From NCBI GenBank assembly GCA_041648595.1, contig JBAZOQ010000001.1, forward strand, positions 14,002 to 78,001: DNA of 64,000 nt, read 5' to 3'. Source of the DNA: Minisyncoccota bacterium. GTDB lineage: Bacteria > Patescibacteriota > Minisyncoccia > Phycocordibacterales > UBA9973. Both the position numbers and the translations under genes were made by a program. Positions within the stretch are counted from its first letter, which is position 1. Each line of letters starts with the position of its first letter. Below are positions 28,214 through 37,952 of the stretch, in pieces. Below the pieces are notes generated by a model. The model was given only the letters and a program-made list of their open reading frames with translations, was not told the DNA's origin and did not search any database.

Positions 28214-28407
28214 AAAAATAAGCCCGAAGGCTTTATATTGAATATATTAGCATTTTATTTAAAATTTGACGAGTTTTTTGTAAAACAAACAAAAGGTAAA
28301 TAAGTTGATTAAATATGAAGAATTTATGAAGGATATTTGGTGATATTAGTAAAATATGTTATGGTATTTTTAGAAACGTTATTTATTAATTTTTTTGGGA
28401 GAAAACA

Positions 28408-28671
28408 ATGGAGTTTAACTTATTACGAAAAATTTCAGCTTATACAGTTGGGATTTTTATTTTTATAAAAATATTTTTTGATTCTTATTTTTGGAGTATC
28501 TGGATATATTTTAAATATATCCAAAAGGATTATAAAAAATTACAAGACAGAAAAATAAAAAAATTAGAGAATATATCTAATAAGTCACATATTTTTGCTT
28601 TTATATTATTTATTTTAGCAATAATTCTTTGGTGGGAAGTTTTGGTTTATTATGCGACACCAGCTTCCTGA
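28408..28671 (+). CDS. Hypothetical membrane protein
   Basis: GGGAG upstream of ATG; two hydrophobic segments. Confidence 0.6.
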   Translation: MEFNLLRKISAYTVGIFIFIKIFFDSYFWSIWIYFKYIQKDYKKLQDRKIKKLENISNKSHIFAFILFILAIILWWEVLVYYATPAS

Positions 28672-28712
28672 TATCGATTTTAAGTCTCGTCATTGCGACG
28701 GGGCTTTTTTAT

Positions 28713-28787
28713 TGGTGACCCTACCGGGAGTCGGACCCGGATTTAGTGCTTGAAAAGCACTCGTCCTAACCGTTAGACGATAGGGCC
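28713..28787 (-). tRNA. tRNA-Glu(TTC), CCA encoded
   Basis: agtgc-ttttcaa-gcact anticodon arm. Confidence 0.93.
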
Positions 28788-29018
28788 TATATAGTACATG
28801 TTATATTATTTTTGAAAAAACTGCAAAAAATGTTAGATTACATATTAGATAGGGTATAAGATAATGATGACGAACGTAGTATGGAGACGTGGGTATTAAG
28901 TATGAACTGCTTCATATTTAATCTGATTCTGCTTTTGCAGAAATGTCTAATATGCTTTAGCATGAAGACATAGGGAAGGGTCCGAGAGGGCACGAAGCCA
29001 TGGCGACGAGCATAGCGA

Positions 29019-29103
29019 GGAGACGTGGGTGAGTGGTTGAAACCACCGCTCTCGAAAAGCGGCATACCGCAAGGTATCGGAGGTTCAAATCCTCCCGTCT
29101 CCG
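29019..29103 (+). tRNA. tRNA-Ser(CGA)
   Basis: ccgct-ctcgaaa-agcgg; long variable arm; GGTTCAAATCC. Confidence 0.93.
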
Positions 29104-29148
29104 CAAAAGAAAAACCCGATGCACGTTTGTTTGTGTAAAGGGTTTTTT

Positions 29149-29460
29149 TTAAATCTGTTTTTTCTTTAAAGGTTTTTTATTTAAAAACCAATAAAGAAAA
29201 ATAAAAAACAAGATACTAACTCCAACGCCCAATATTTCTAAAATTGGTAGTAAATTAGAAATTATTATTTCTAGATAACTTCCAATTAAGATAGTCATTA
29301 TAGTATAAAAGATAATATGATCTTTTCTGTAAAAAATAATTTTTGTTTTAAGGTAAACAATAATTATTTTTATAAAAGAATAATCACCTTTACAGCTAAC
29401 ATTTTTATCTTCTATCCTAACAAAAGGGCTTGGAAGACTGTCATACTCTTCTTTTGTCAT
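29149..29460 (-). CDS. Hypothetical membrane protein
   Basis: AGGAG upstream; two TM helices. Confidence 0.6.
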   Translation of the reverse strand: MTKEEYDSLPSPFVRIEDKNVSCKGDYSFIKIIIVYLKTKIIFYRKDHIIFYTIMTILIGSYLEIIISNLLPILEILGVGVSILFFIFLYWFLNKKPLKKKQI

Positions 29461-29699
29461 TTTTTACTCCTTTCAGAAAAATATTTTTTTAAAAATATTT
29501 AATATATTTAAGGTAATTGATGTTATTAAAACCTTAAAAAGAAATATTTGAAAATTGGAACTTTTTTTATTAATTCCAAGAATCTCAGAAAAAAAATTTT
29601 TCATTTTTTGACTCCTTTTCTATTGTTTAATTTACTTTTTCCACATAAAATATAACAATTTTTGGGTAAATTGTCAAGTTTTTTATGTGGAAAAGATAT

Positions 29700-30632
29700 T
29701 TATTTAGTATGTAAATATAGATAAATATCCTCAATAGCTTTTACAGCATCGCCGGCGGCTATGTTATTTTGATGATATAAGATATTTGTACAATCTCCCG
29801 CAGCCCAAATGCCAGATGTTTCTGTTTTTTGATTTGATTGATTTATTTTTATACGATTTCCTTCATCTAATGGAATTATGTCTTTAACAAAATTAGTATT
29901 TGGAATTTGTCCGATTTCTACAAAAATACCTGAAACTTTTAGTTCTGTCTCTGTATTATTTATTTTGTTCTTATAAATTATTCCTTCTACAAATTTTTCA
30001 CCTTTTATTTCTAAAATTTCTACATTTTTAATTGCTTTTACATTTTCTTTCTTTAATACTTTTTCAACTGTTATTTCGTCAGCACGAAAATTTTCACTTC
30101 TGTGTAATATTGTAACTGTTTTGCAATATGCAGAAAGTTGAGCAGCAGATTCAAAAGCTGCATTTCCTCCACCAACCACTACGACATCTTGATCTGCAAA
30201 AAGGGGACCATCACAAGTAGCACAATAGGTGAGTCCTTTATGCTCTAATTTATTTGCATTTTTTGCTTCTAATTTTCTGCGTCCGCTACCTGTGGCTATT
30301 AGAATAGTTTTAGTTAAAAATTCTTCTTCAGATTCTGTTTTAATTAAAAAGTTAGTATCAGATTTTGTTATTGTATTTACTTTCTCTCCATCTTTCACTT
30401 CTAATGTTTGTCCGACTCCAGCATTAGCGAGTACGTGTTTTTTAAAATTTAGAGCTAGATCAGAGCCAGAGATAGAAGGAGAACCAATCCAATTATAAAT
30501 CTGTAGAGACACGATAGATTGCCCACCCCATTCGGATGTTATAAATAAGGTATTAAGTCTTTTACGAGAAGCATATACAGCCGCTGCTGAGCCAGCTGGA
30601 CCACCCCCTACAATTATTAAATCATATACCAT
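29700..30632 (-). CDS. trxB: Thioredoxin reductase / AhpF-like FAD-dependent oxidoreductase
   Basis: IVGGGPAG, CATCDG, VVGGGNAA, AAGD. Confidence 0.85.
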   Translation of the reverse strand: MVYDLIIVGGGPAGSAAAVYASRKRLNTLFITSEWGGQSIVSLQIYNWIGSPSISGSDLALNFKKHVLANAGVGQTLEVKDGEKVNTITKSDTNFLIKTESEEEFLTKTILIATGSGRRKLEAKNANKLEHKGLTYCATCDGPLFADQDVVVVGGGNAAFESAAQLSAYCKTVTILHRSENFRADEITVEKVLKKENVKAIKNVEILEIKGEKFVEGIIYKNKINNTETELKVSGIFVEIGQIPNTNFVKDIIPLDEGNRIKINQSNQKTETSGIWAAGDCTNILYHQNNIAAGDAVKAIEDIYLYLHTK

Positions 30633-30662
30633 TTAGGTATTATAGCACACCTGTCAAATTTT

Positions 30663-31880
30663 TTAATTCTTTTTGCGTCTTAGAAATGCTGGAACAGCGC
30701 TCCAGTCTTCTCCCTCATCTTCTATAATTATTTCTTCTACAACTTCAGGTTTCTTATCTACTTTTTTTAGGAAATCATTATTAACATTAATATTTGTATT
30801 ATTATTTTTATTTGAGTTTTGAATAGTATTATGTATTTCTTTTACAACTTTTTCTGCATTTTCTTCTTTTACTAATGTTTGACCTAAAATATTAGTTCCG
30901 CTAAAAAGATTTTTACGAGGAACATCATTGGTGAAGCTTGTAGCTATGACAGTGACTTTTAATTCACCTTTTTTTAATTTTTCATCTTTAATAGTACCAA
31001 AGATTACTTTAGCATCTTTATCTATAGATTCTGTAATTATTTTAGCTGCTTCTTGTATTTCATGTATTGTTATGTCATCTCCACCAGAGATAGCAAATAA
31101 TACTCCCTTTGCACCATTGATTGAAACTTCTAATAGGGGAGAATTGATAGCTTGAAGTGCTGCTTTTGAAGCACGGCCATCTCCTGATGCGAGTCCTATT
31201 CCCATAAGAGCACTTCCTGCGTCTGACATGATAGCTCTAATATCTGCAAAATCTACATTTATAATACCAGGTGTAGTAATTAAATCTGAGATACCTTCCA
31301 CTGCTTGACGTAGAACATTATCACAATTAGCAAAAGCATCTTTGAAGTTTGTAGTTTTGTCGGCTAGTTGTATTAATTTATCATTTGGAATAATTATAAT
31401 AGCATCAACTTCTTTTGCTAATTCTTCAATACCTTTTTCTGCGATTTTCATTCGGTGATTTCCTTCAAAGAAAAATGGTTTAGTGACGACAGCGACGGTG
31501 AGTATGCCTTGCTCTTTAGCAGCACGAGCGACGATAGGTGCAGCTCCTGTACCTGTACCTCCTCCCATACCACAAGCAACAAAAATCATGTCAGCACCTT
31601 TGATGACGTCTTGAATTTCAGATTTTGTTTCTTCAGCAGCTTTTCTTCCAATTTCTGGATTCATTCCAGCACCTAGGCCTTTAGTAAGATTTTTACCAAT
31701 GTGGATTTTTTTATCTGCGAGAGAATGATGCAAGTCTTGAGTGTCTGTATTCATACAAATAAAAGACACACCTTTGACTTTGGAGTTGATCATATGATTT
31801 ATGGCATTTTTACCGGATCCTCCTATTCCGATGACCATAATGCGAGCAAAACTTTGTATTTCAGGGTTTAATTTAGGCAT
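30663..31880 (-). CDS. ftsZ: Cell division protein FtsZ
   Basis: [18 protein letters not shown]-terminal VPAFLRR. Confidence 0.98.
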   Translation of the reverse strand: MPKLNPEIQSFARIMVIGIGGSGKNAINHMINSKVKGVSFICMNTDTQDLHHSLADKKIHIGKNLTKGLGAGMNPEIGRKAAEETKSEIQDVIKGADMIFVACGMGGGTGTGAAPIVARAAKEQGILTVAVVTKPFFFEGNHRMKIAEKGIEELAKEVDAIIIIPNDKLIQLADKTTNFKDAFANCDNVLRQAVEGISDLITTPGIINVDFADIRAIMSDAGSALMGIGLASGDGRASKAALQAINSPLLEVSINGAKGVLFAISGGDDITIHEIQEAAKIITESIDKDAKVIFGTIKDEKLKKGELKVTVIATSFTNDVPRKNLFSGTNILGQTLVKEENAEKVVKEIHNTIQNSNKNNNTNINVNNDFLKKVDKKPEVVEEIIIEDEGEDWSAVPAFLRRKKN

Positions 31881-31888
31881 ATTTATAA

Positions 31889-32041
31889 AGGCTTTAGGCT
31901 TTAGGCTCTAGGCTTTAGCTTTTATACTAATACTCAGAATCTAACTACTAAGAGCAAAATTTAATTAATAAAGTTATATGTTCATATAATAGCAGAAAAT
32001 TATATTTTGGCTAGTAGCCTAAAGCCTAGTGCCTAAAGCCT
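31889..32041. repeat. Inverted heptamer tandem repeats (AGGCTTT)n ... (AAAGCCT/AGTGCCT)n in the ftsA-ftsZ spacer
   Basis: aggcttt aggcttt aggctct aggcttt from 31889; agcct aaagcct agtgcct aaagcct near 32016-32041. Confidence 0.8.
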
Positions 32042-32045
32042 GTGT

Positions 32046-33209
32046 TTAGGGCATTAATTGCTTAATGTTTGATTTTAATATTATCATTATTTTTTTGAAG
32101 AAAACTTTTAGTGAACTTTCAGAATAAGAATCATCGTCGTCGGGGTACATTATAAGTCCAAGAACCGTAAACCAAGATGGATCACGAAGTTTTGTTTTTA
32201 TATTACCAAAAATTTCTGTTGCAGCTATTTTTGAAGGAAGTTTTAAATTAAATTTAGAAAAATCTTCAAGTGTTGGAATGTTTGCACCTCCACCGACGAA
32301 TACAATACCTGCTGGCAATAATTCGTTCCTTTTTATTTTTTTAAGATAATTTTCTAATAATTCAAAAATATCAGAAAGACGAGCCTCGATTATTTCGTCT
32401 AATTTTTTCTTTGAGTAGTCTTCAGTTATGTTACCAAGTTTGAAACGCTCAGCATCTTCAAGTGATATTTTCATTCCTAATGCTATATCATTTGTAATAT
32501 CTGCACCACCTATAGAAAAGGTATGAAGAGCTACAAGTGTTTTATTTTCAAACACAGACAAAGAAACTGTTTCAGATCCAATATTAACTATTGCTCCGCC
32601 GACTATTTTTTGTTTTTCAGATAGTGCTATACGACTTTCGGCTTCTCCTGCCGCTACTATGTCTATTGGTTCTATTCCAGCTAGTGTTACAACTTCTAAT
32701 AAATCTTCAAAATGTGAGTTAGAACAAGTTACAAAAAGTGTTTTAGTTTCAAGCTTTGTTCCTATCATGCCTTCTGGTCTTCCAAGGATTTCTTTACCAT
32801 CAAGTTTAAAAGAAATAGGGAATATTTTTATTGTTTTTCTATTATTTAAATTTATGTTATTTTCACAATCTTCTATTGTTTTATTTACATCTAATTTTGT
32901 TACTTCACCATCAGCCTTAGAAATGATACACATTCCATTTGTCATATCACCACGTAATGTTACGCCACCGATTGAAATAACAGCACGCCTTATTTTTAGG
33001 CCTGAATTTTTTTCAGCTACTCCCAATGCATTTTTTAGAGAAATTACAGCAGAAGAAATATCGACAACATATCCATGTCTTATGCCTTTTGTTTCACTTT
33101 CTCCAATACCAATAATTTTAGGATTTTTTTCTCCTTTTAGAAATTCTGCTACGACAACTCTTGTCGTTGTAGACCCCATGTCTATTCCTATAGAAATATT
33201 TCTGATCAT
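32046..33209 (-). CDS. ftsA: Cell division protein FtsA
   Basis: IGIDMGST, GG..ITNDIA, GIVFVGGGA; adjacent to ftsZ. Confidence 0.95.
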   Translation of the reverse strand: MIRNISIGIDMGSTTTRVVVAEFLKGEKNPKIIGIGESETKGIRHGYVVDISSAVISLKNALGVAEKNSGLKIRRAVISIGGVTLRGDMTNGMCIISKADGEVTKLDVNKTIEDCENNINLNNRKTIKIFPISFKLDGKEILGRPEGMIGTKLETKTLFVTCSNSHFEDLLEVVTLAGIEPIDIVAAGEAESRIALSEKQKIVGGAIVNIGSETVSLSVFENKTLVALHTFSIGGADITNDIALGMKISLEDAERFKLGNITEDYSKKKLDEIIEARLSDIFELLENYLKKIKRNELLPAGIVFVGGGANIPTLEDFSKFNLKLPSKIAATEIFGNIKTKLRDPSWFTVLGLIMYPDDDDSYSESSLKVFFKKIMIILKSNIKQLMP

Positions 33210-33519
33210 ATTTTTTTTCAGCTTCTTCCATTATACTCCCATGTTCCATTCCTTTCAAATGTAACATTCCGTGGATAACTAAAAAACCCACTAATTGAGG
33301 TAATGTTCTGCCAAACTTTTTTAGTTCTTTTTTAATCACACTTTTACACAAAACTATTTCTCCTACATCTTTATGTAAGGCGAAAGAAAGAACATTAGTT
33401 GGTTTATCTATCTTTCTATATTTCTTATTTATTTCCCTAGATTTTTTTTCACTCACAAAAGCAATAGACAAAGAGTATTCTTTACCCAATATATCCTGCT
33501 TTATTTTCTCAAATTTCAT
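33118..33519 (-). CDS. ybeY: rRNA maturation RNase YbeY
   Basis: NKKYR..DKPTNVLSF, HGMLHLKGMEH. Confidence 0.92.
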   Translation of the reverse strand: MKFEKIKQDILGKEYSLSIAFVSEKKSREINKKYRKIDKPTNVLSFALHKDVGEIVLCKSVIKKELKKFGRTLPQLVGFLVIHGMLHLKGMEHGSIMEEAEKKYDQKYFYRNRHGVYNDKSCRSRISKRRKKS

Positions 33520-33520
33520 T

Positions 33521-33748
33521 TTATTTTATTTTTCCAAGTTTTCGAAGTTTTTCTATTTCCTTTCTTCTTCCTAAGCGTTTTAGAGTTCCTTTTTTGACTG
33601 TTAGTTTTGATTCTTTTCTTTTGTTATAACGAGAACCTTTTACTTTTTGAATTATGTTTGATTCTTGAATTCTACGAGAAAAACGACGCAATACGCTTGC
33701 ATTATTCTCATTTCCATTTTTATTTATTTCTATTACTGTTTTTGCCAT
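33521..33748 (-). CDS. rpsU: Ribosomal protein bS21-like protein
   Basis: Small and basic; E...S.LRRF.R pattern. Confidence 0.65.
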   Translation of the reverse strand: MAKTVIEINKNGNENNASVLRRFSRRIQESNIIQKVKGSRYNKRKESKLTVKKGTLKRLGRRKEIEKLRKLGKIK

Positions 33749-33838
33749 ATTTGTAGATTATCATAGTTTTTTGAAAAATGCAAAATATGGGTATTAAAAA
33801 ATGTAAATTAGTTGCTTTCTTAGGCAAGTTCTTGTTTT

Positions 33839-33946
33839 GCAAAAAATGAGAGCTAGTGCTTTTTTATGGCTCGCACTCTAACCTGAATGTGGTAACTCTA
33901 TCTAATATTGCGTATGCCAAAAAAAGCACTAGCTCTCATTTTTTGC
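33839..33946. repeat. Long hairpin with 27-bp perfect arms between rpsU and greA
   Basis: gcaaaaaatgagagctagtgctttttt ... aaaaaagcactagctctcattttttgc. Confidence 0.88.
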
Positions 33947-33982
33947 TAGACTTTTTTATAAAAAAAAGTTAAGATTCAAAAT

Positions 33983-34450
33983 ATGCAACAATCAGGTAAT
34001 TATATAACAGAAGAAAAAAGAAAAGCTTTAGAAATTGAATTGAAGGAGCTCAAAGGCCCTAAAAGGAAAGAACTTCTAGAAGGCTTAGCTTATGCAAAAT
34101 CATTAGGTGATTTATCTGAGAACGCAGAATATCATCAAGCACGTGAAGATCAAGGTAAACTCGAAGAACGTATTTCGAGAATAGAACAAATTTTGCAATC
34201 TTCTCAAGTTGTATCTGGTGGTGGTGGAGATATAATTGAAATTGGATCAAAAGTTGTTGTTCTTAAAGAAGGAGAGAAAGAAGAAAAAATTTATCAAATT
34301 GTAGGTTCTGAAGAGGCTGATATGTTACAAGGAAAAATTTCTAATAGGTCTCCTTTTGGTGAAGTACTTTTTGGAAAGAAAAAAGGAGAAAATGTATCAT
34401 TTAAAACTCCTGGTGGTAAAGTTAATTATAAAATCGTGGATGTATCTTAG
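33983..34450 (+). CDS. greA: Transcription elongation factor GreA
   Basis: GDLSENAEY, ISNRSPFG. Confidence 0.97.
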   Translation: MQQSGNYITEEKRKALEIELKELKGPKRKELLEGLAYAKSLGDLSENAEYHQAREDQGKLEERISRIEQILQSSQVVSGGGGDIIEIGSKVVVLKEGEKEEKIYQIVGSEEADMLQGKISNRSPFGEVLFGKKKGENVSFKTPGGKVNYKIVDVS

Positions 34451-34477
34451 TTTCCGTTTTTAAACGGAAGAATTAAA

Positions 34478-35941
34478 ATGTCTTCAATTGATGAAATTAG
34501 GGACACAAAAATAAAAAAACTTGAACTTTTAAAAAAGAAGGGTATTAATCCTTATCCAGCTGTTTCAAAAAGAGAATTTTCTTTAAAAGAGGCTATTGAT
34601 GGTTTTGATAATTTAGAAAAGGAGGGTGTCTCTAAATGGATTGGAGGTAGAATAATGTCCATAAGAGGACAAGGTGCTATCATTTTTGTTACATTGTATG
34701 ATGGTACAGCTTTTTTTCAAGGCTTATTGAAAAAAGATATTATTGGGGATGAAAAGTTTGATTTTTTTACTGAAGTAATTGATATTGGAGATTTTATTGA
34801 AATTCTTGGTACTTTTTTTACTACAAAGAGAGGAGAAAAAACGGTTGAGGTGAAAAATTGGAATATTTTATCAAAAAGCTTGCGTCCGTTGCCAGAAAAG
34901 TGGCATGGACTTCAAGACGTTGAAGAAAGATTTAGAAAAAGATATTTAGATATATTAATGGATCCTGAAGTAAAAGAACTTCTTTTTAAAAAAACAAAAT
35001 TCTGGGACACTTCTCGTACTTTTATGAAAGAGCATGGATTTTTGGAAGTGGAGACCCCAAGTCTTGAGGTGACGACAGGTGGTGCTGAAGCGACTCCTTT
35101 TAAAACATATAATGAAGATTTTAAATTGCCTTTGTATTTGAGAATTTCTATTGGTGAGCTTTGGCAGAAACGTTTAATGGCTGCAGGATTTCCAAAAACT
35201 TTTGAAATAGGTAGAGCATATAGGAATGAAGGTTCTGATGCAAATCATTTGCAGGAATTTACTAATTTAGAATTTTACTGGGCTTATGCAAATTATGAAG
35301 ATGGTATGATTCTCGCAGAAGAACTTTATAAAAAAATAGCGATAGATGTCTTTGGAAAAACTGATTTTGAAACAAGAGGACATAAGTTTGATTTAGGGGG
35401 AAAATGGGGACGTATTGATTATAGAGAGACAGTAAAAAAAGAAACAGGTATAGATGTACTTCTAACTACATATGATGAAGTAAAAAAGAAATTAGAAGAT
35501 TTAAAAATTGTTTATGATGGGAATACAATGGAACGTTTAGTAGATACTCTTTGGAAACATTGTAGAAAACAAATTTCTGGGCCTGTTTTTTTGATTGGGC
35601 ACCCAAAACTCGTTTCTCCACTTTCAAAATCAATGGAGAAGAATTCTCTATTAACAGAAAGATTCCAAATAATTATCGCAGGAAATGAAGTTGGTAATGG
35701 CTTTTCAGAATTGAATGATCCGATAGATCAAGCAGAAAGATTCGAAGCTCAACAAGAACTTTTGAAATCAGGGGATAAAGAGGCAATGATGCCTGATATG
35801 GAATTCGTTGAAATGCTTGAATACGGCATGCCTCCTACTTGTGGTTTTGGTTTTGGAGAAATGTTGTTTGCCTTTTTAGCAGATAAACCTATTCGTGAAG
35901 TTCAATTTTTTCCATTAATGCGTCCTAAAAAAGAAGAATAA
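34478..35941 (+). CDS. lysS: Lysine--tRNA ligase (class II)
   Basis: LPEKWHGL, RYLD, EVETP, YRNEG, GFSELNDP, YGMPPT.G.G.G. Confidence 0.97.
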   Translation: MSSIDEIRDTKIKKLELLKKKGINPYPAVSKREFSLKEAIDGFDNLEKEGVSKWIGGRIMSIRGQGAIIFVTLYDGTAFFQGLLKKDIIGDEKFDFFTEVIDIGDFIEILGTFFTTKRGEKTVEVKNWNILSKSLRPLPEKWHGLQDVEERFRKRYLDILMDPEVKELLFKKTKFWDTSRTFMKEHGFLEVETPSLEVTTGGAEATPFKTYNEDFKLPLYLRISIGELWQKRLMAAGFPKTFEIGRAYRNEGSDANHLQEFTNLEFYWAYANYEDGMILAEELYKKIAIDVFGKTDFETRGHKFDLGGKWGRIDYRETVKKETGIDVLLTTYDEVKKKLEDLKIVYDGNTMERLVDTLWKHCRKQISGPVFLIGHPKLVSPLSKSMEKNSLLTERFQIIIAGNEVGNGFSELNDPIDQAERFEAQQELLKSGDKEAMMPDMEFVEMLEYGMPPTCGFGFGEMLFAFLADKPIREVQFFPLMRPKKEE

Positions 35942-35980
35942 AAAAACTCTCTACTATTTAATACGCATATAAAGCATATT

Positions 35981-36220
35981 TTATAATAAAGAGTAAAATG
36001 GACATTTTTTTTCTAGTAAAATTTTTTTTATTCTTTCGTCGCAATCCGCAGTAGAAAGAACAGATGTTAAAGGGTAATCTTTATCTATGTTTTTTTCACA
36101 TTTTTTACATAGAGAAATTTGACCATTTTTTTTATCATAATACCACTGTCTTGGGTATTTATAATAAACAACTAACAGGTTGTCTTTTTTTTGACAAATT
36201 TCTTCTTTTTTCTTTTTCAT
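35981..36220 (-). CDS. Hypothetical Cys-containing protein
   Basis: ORF only. Confidence 0.35.
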   Translation of the reverse strand: MKKKKEEICQKKDNLLVVYYKYPRQWYYDKKNGQISLCKKCEKNIDKDYPLTSVLSTADCDERIKKILLEKKCPFYSLL

Positions 36221-36326
36221 TTTTTATCTCAGTTTTTAAAAAATTAAAAAATATTTTTACAAATTTTTATATCTAATATACATGATACTCTTTTTACTTT
36301 TTAAAATCTAAAAGTTATCCACAATT

Positions 36327-36347
36327 TGCGGAAGCAAGGCTTCCGCA
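36327..36347. repeat. REP palindrome upstream of RAYT
   Basis: tgcggaagc-aag-gcttccgca. Confidence 0.9.
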
Positions 36348-36361
36348 GTACTATAGTTAGT

Positions 36362-37063
36362 ATGGCGTATAGAAAAGCATCTTTTGTAGAAGGAGAATTT
36401 TATCATATTTATAATAGAGGAAATAGTAAACAAAAAATATTTTTAGATAATCATGATTATGATCGTTTTATAAAATTATTATATCTTTGTAATTCAGAAT
36501 ATAGTATTGATTTTCGTGAAGATATAGTAAGACAGGGAATTAATGCTTGGGATTTTGATCGTGGTGAATCTATAGTTTCAATAGGTGCATGGGTATTAAT
36601 GCCAAATCATTTTCATTTATATTTAAATATAAATCCGCGGAAGCAAGGCTTCCGCAAAGTTCGTATTAATGAAATTACAGAATTTATGCACAAACTTTTG
36701 ACATCTTATTCGAAGTATTTTAATACAAAATATAAACGTACAGGAGGATTATTTGAAGGTAAATTTAAATCAGTTCATATAGAGGATGATAATCAAGCAA
36801 AATATCTTTTTTCTTATATTCATTTGAATCCAGTCAAACTTATAGATAGTAAATGGAAAGAAAATGGAATAAAAAATAAAAAACAAACAAAAGATTTTTT
36901 GAATAAATATATATGGTCAAGTTATTTAGATTATAAAGGAATTACTCGTTCCCCAAATAAAATTTTAAATAAAAAGGCATTTCCAGAATACTTTCGTAAT
37001 ATGAAAGATTTTGATTTTGAAATAGGGGAGTGGCTTAATTTTTCGGATTCTGACTTAAATTAA
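36362..37063 (+). mobile_element. REP-associated tyrosine transposase (RAYT/TnpA-REP, Y1 HUH family)
   Basis: YHIYNRGN, WVLMPNHFHL (HUH), YFN.KYKRTGGLFEG.FK, YIHLNP, Y.WSSY; flanked by REP palindromes. Confidence 0.92.
36637..36655. repeat. REP palindrome inside the RAYT coding sequence
   Basis: gcggaagc-aag-gcttccgc, read as RKQGFR. Confidence 0.9.
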
Positions 37064-37096
37064 AATCCAAAAGACCGTCTTTTGGGTAAAAAAAAA

Positions 37097-37119
37097 TTGC
37101 GGAAGCCAGGCTTCCGCAA
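37097..37119. repeat. REP palindrome downstream of RAYT
   Basis: ttgcggaagc-cag-gcttccgcaa. Confidence 0.9.
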
Positions 37120-37122
37120 AAT

Positions 37123-37323
37123 TTAACTTTTGTTGAAATAGAAATACACGTAGTAGAGTGCCAAAAATATGGCGAACAACAAAAAAGAAACTCCGGTACC
37201 TACCCACTGTAGGTTCCAGGCAAATATTATTCCTAAAAAGAACAGGAATAACTCAACAAAAATAAGGAGAATTGTTATCTCCTCTTTGAGGAGAATGTCT
37301 ATCTTCTCTTTTAATGTTTTCAT
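37123..37323 (-). CDS. Small two-TM hypothetical protein
   Basis: GGAG upstream; hydrophobic. Confidence 0.6.
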   Translation of the reverse strand: MKTLKEKIDILLKEEITILLIFVELFLFFLGIIFAWNLQWVGTGVSFLLFAIFLALYYVYFYFNKS

Positions 37324-37459
37324 TTTTTCTCCATTTTAATTTTTAATTCCATCAATAGTTTAACACAAAATTGACATAAAAGTCAATGTTTTTCAGTTTC
37401 GAGTTATCCACAGGTAGGGCTTGGCTTCTTTTTTGCTTGTGGTTTATAATGTTAATCAA

Positions 37460-37483
37460 GTGGGAAAAGGTGGGAAAAGTGTT
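37460..37483 (+). promoter_or_regulatory. Probable MraZ operator (GTGGG direct repeats at 10-bp spacing) after a TATAAT
   Basis: gtgggaaaag gtgggaaaag tgtt; MraZ is known to bind (G)TGGG repeats upstream of its own gene. Confidence 0.75.
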
Positions 37484-37505
37484 AATAACTTTTTTATATA
37501 AATTT

Positions 37506-37952
37506 ATGTTAATCGGCGAATACATACACACTATAGATGAAAAGAATAGAATTTCATTGCCTGTAAAATTCCGTAAGGAACTTGGCAAAAAAATTATTAT
37601 TACACCTGGGCTTGATCAATGTTTATTTATATTTACAGCAGTTGAATGGAAAAAGGTTTCAAAAAGACTTTCTGATTCAGATTCTGATTTATCTTTTTTG
37701 AAAGCTGACAAGAGAAGTTTTAATAGATTTATGTTTGGACGAGCAGCAGAAGTGGAAGTGGATACTATTGGAAGAATTTTAATTCCTGATTTTTTGAAAG
37801 AAAGAATTGGCCTTGCTGGTAAAGCAGCGATAATAGGAGTAGAAGACAGAGTTGAAATTTGGAATGATAAAACATGGATGCAATACAGAGATGTTGTGGA
37901 AAAACAAGCAGATCAATTAGCAGAGAAGTTGGGACAAAAAGATGATGATTAA
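37506..37952 (+). CDS. mraZ: Transcriptional regulator MraZ
   Basis: GEY.HTIDEKNRISLP, D..GRILIP, IIGVEDRVEIW. Confidence 0.95.
   Translation: MLIGEYIHTIDEKNRISLPVKFRKELGKKIIITPGLDQCLFIFTAVEWKKVSKRLSDSDSDLSFLKADKRSFNRFMFGRAAEVEVDTIGRILIPDFLKERIGLAGKAAIIGVEDRVEIWNDKTWMQYRDVVEKQADQLAEKLGQKDDD

Noticed and set aside
28761-28780. The tRNA-Glu D-arm contains TCTAACGG, matching the right arm of family A elements
   Set aside because: An 8-nt match to a common D-loop sequence; not enough to claim origin or pairing.
28838-29065. 75-aa minus-strand ORF
   Set aside because: Antisense to tRNA-Ser and its leader; no protein features.
36326-36361. RAYT N-terminal extension MRKQGFRSTIVS
   Set aside because: It is the upstream REP read from a TTG; ATG 36362 matches the family start.
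36315-37412. Perfect DnaA boxes TTATCCACA at 36315 and 37404 (also ~10240 in lepA) as an origin
   Set aside because: Isolated boxes 1 kb apart, with no cluster and no dnaA/dnaN nearby; at most regulatory.
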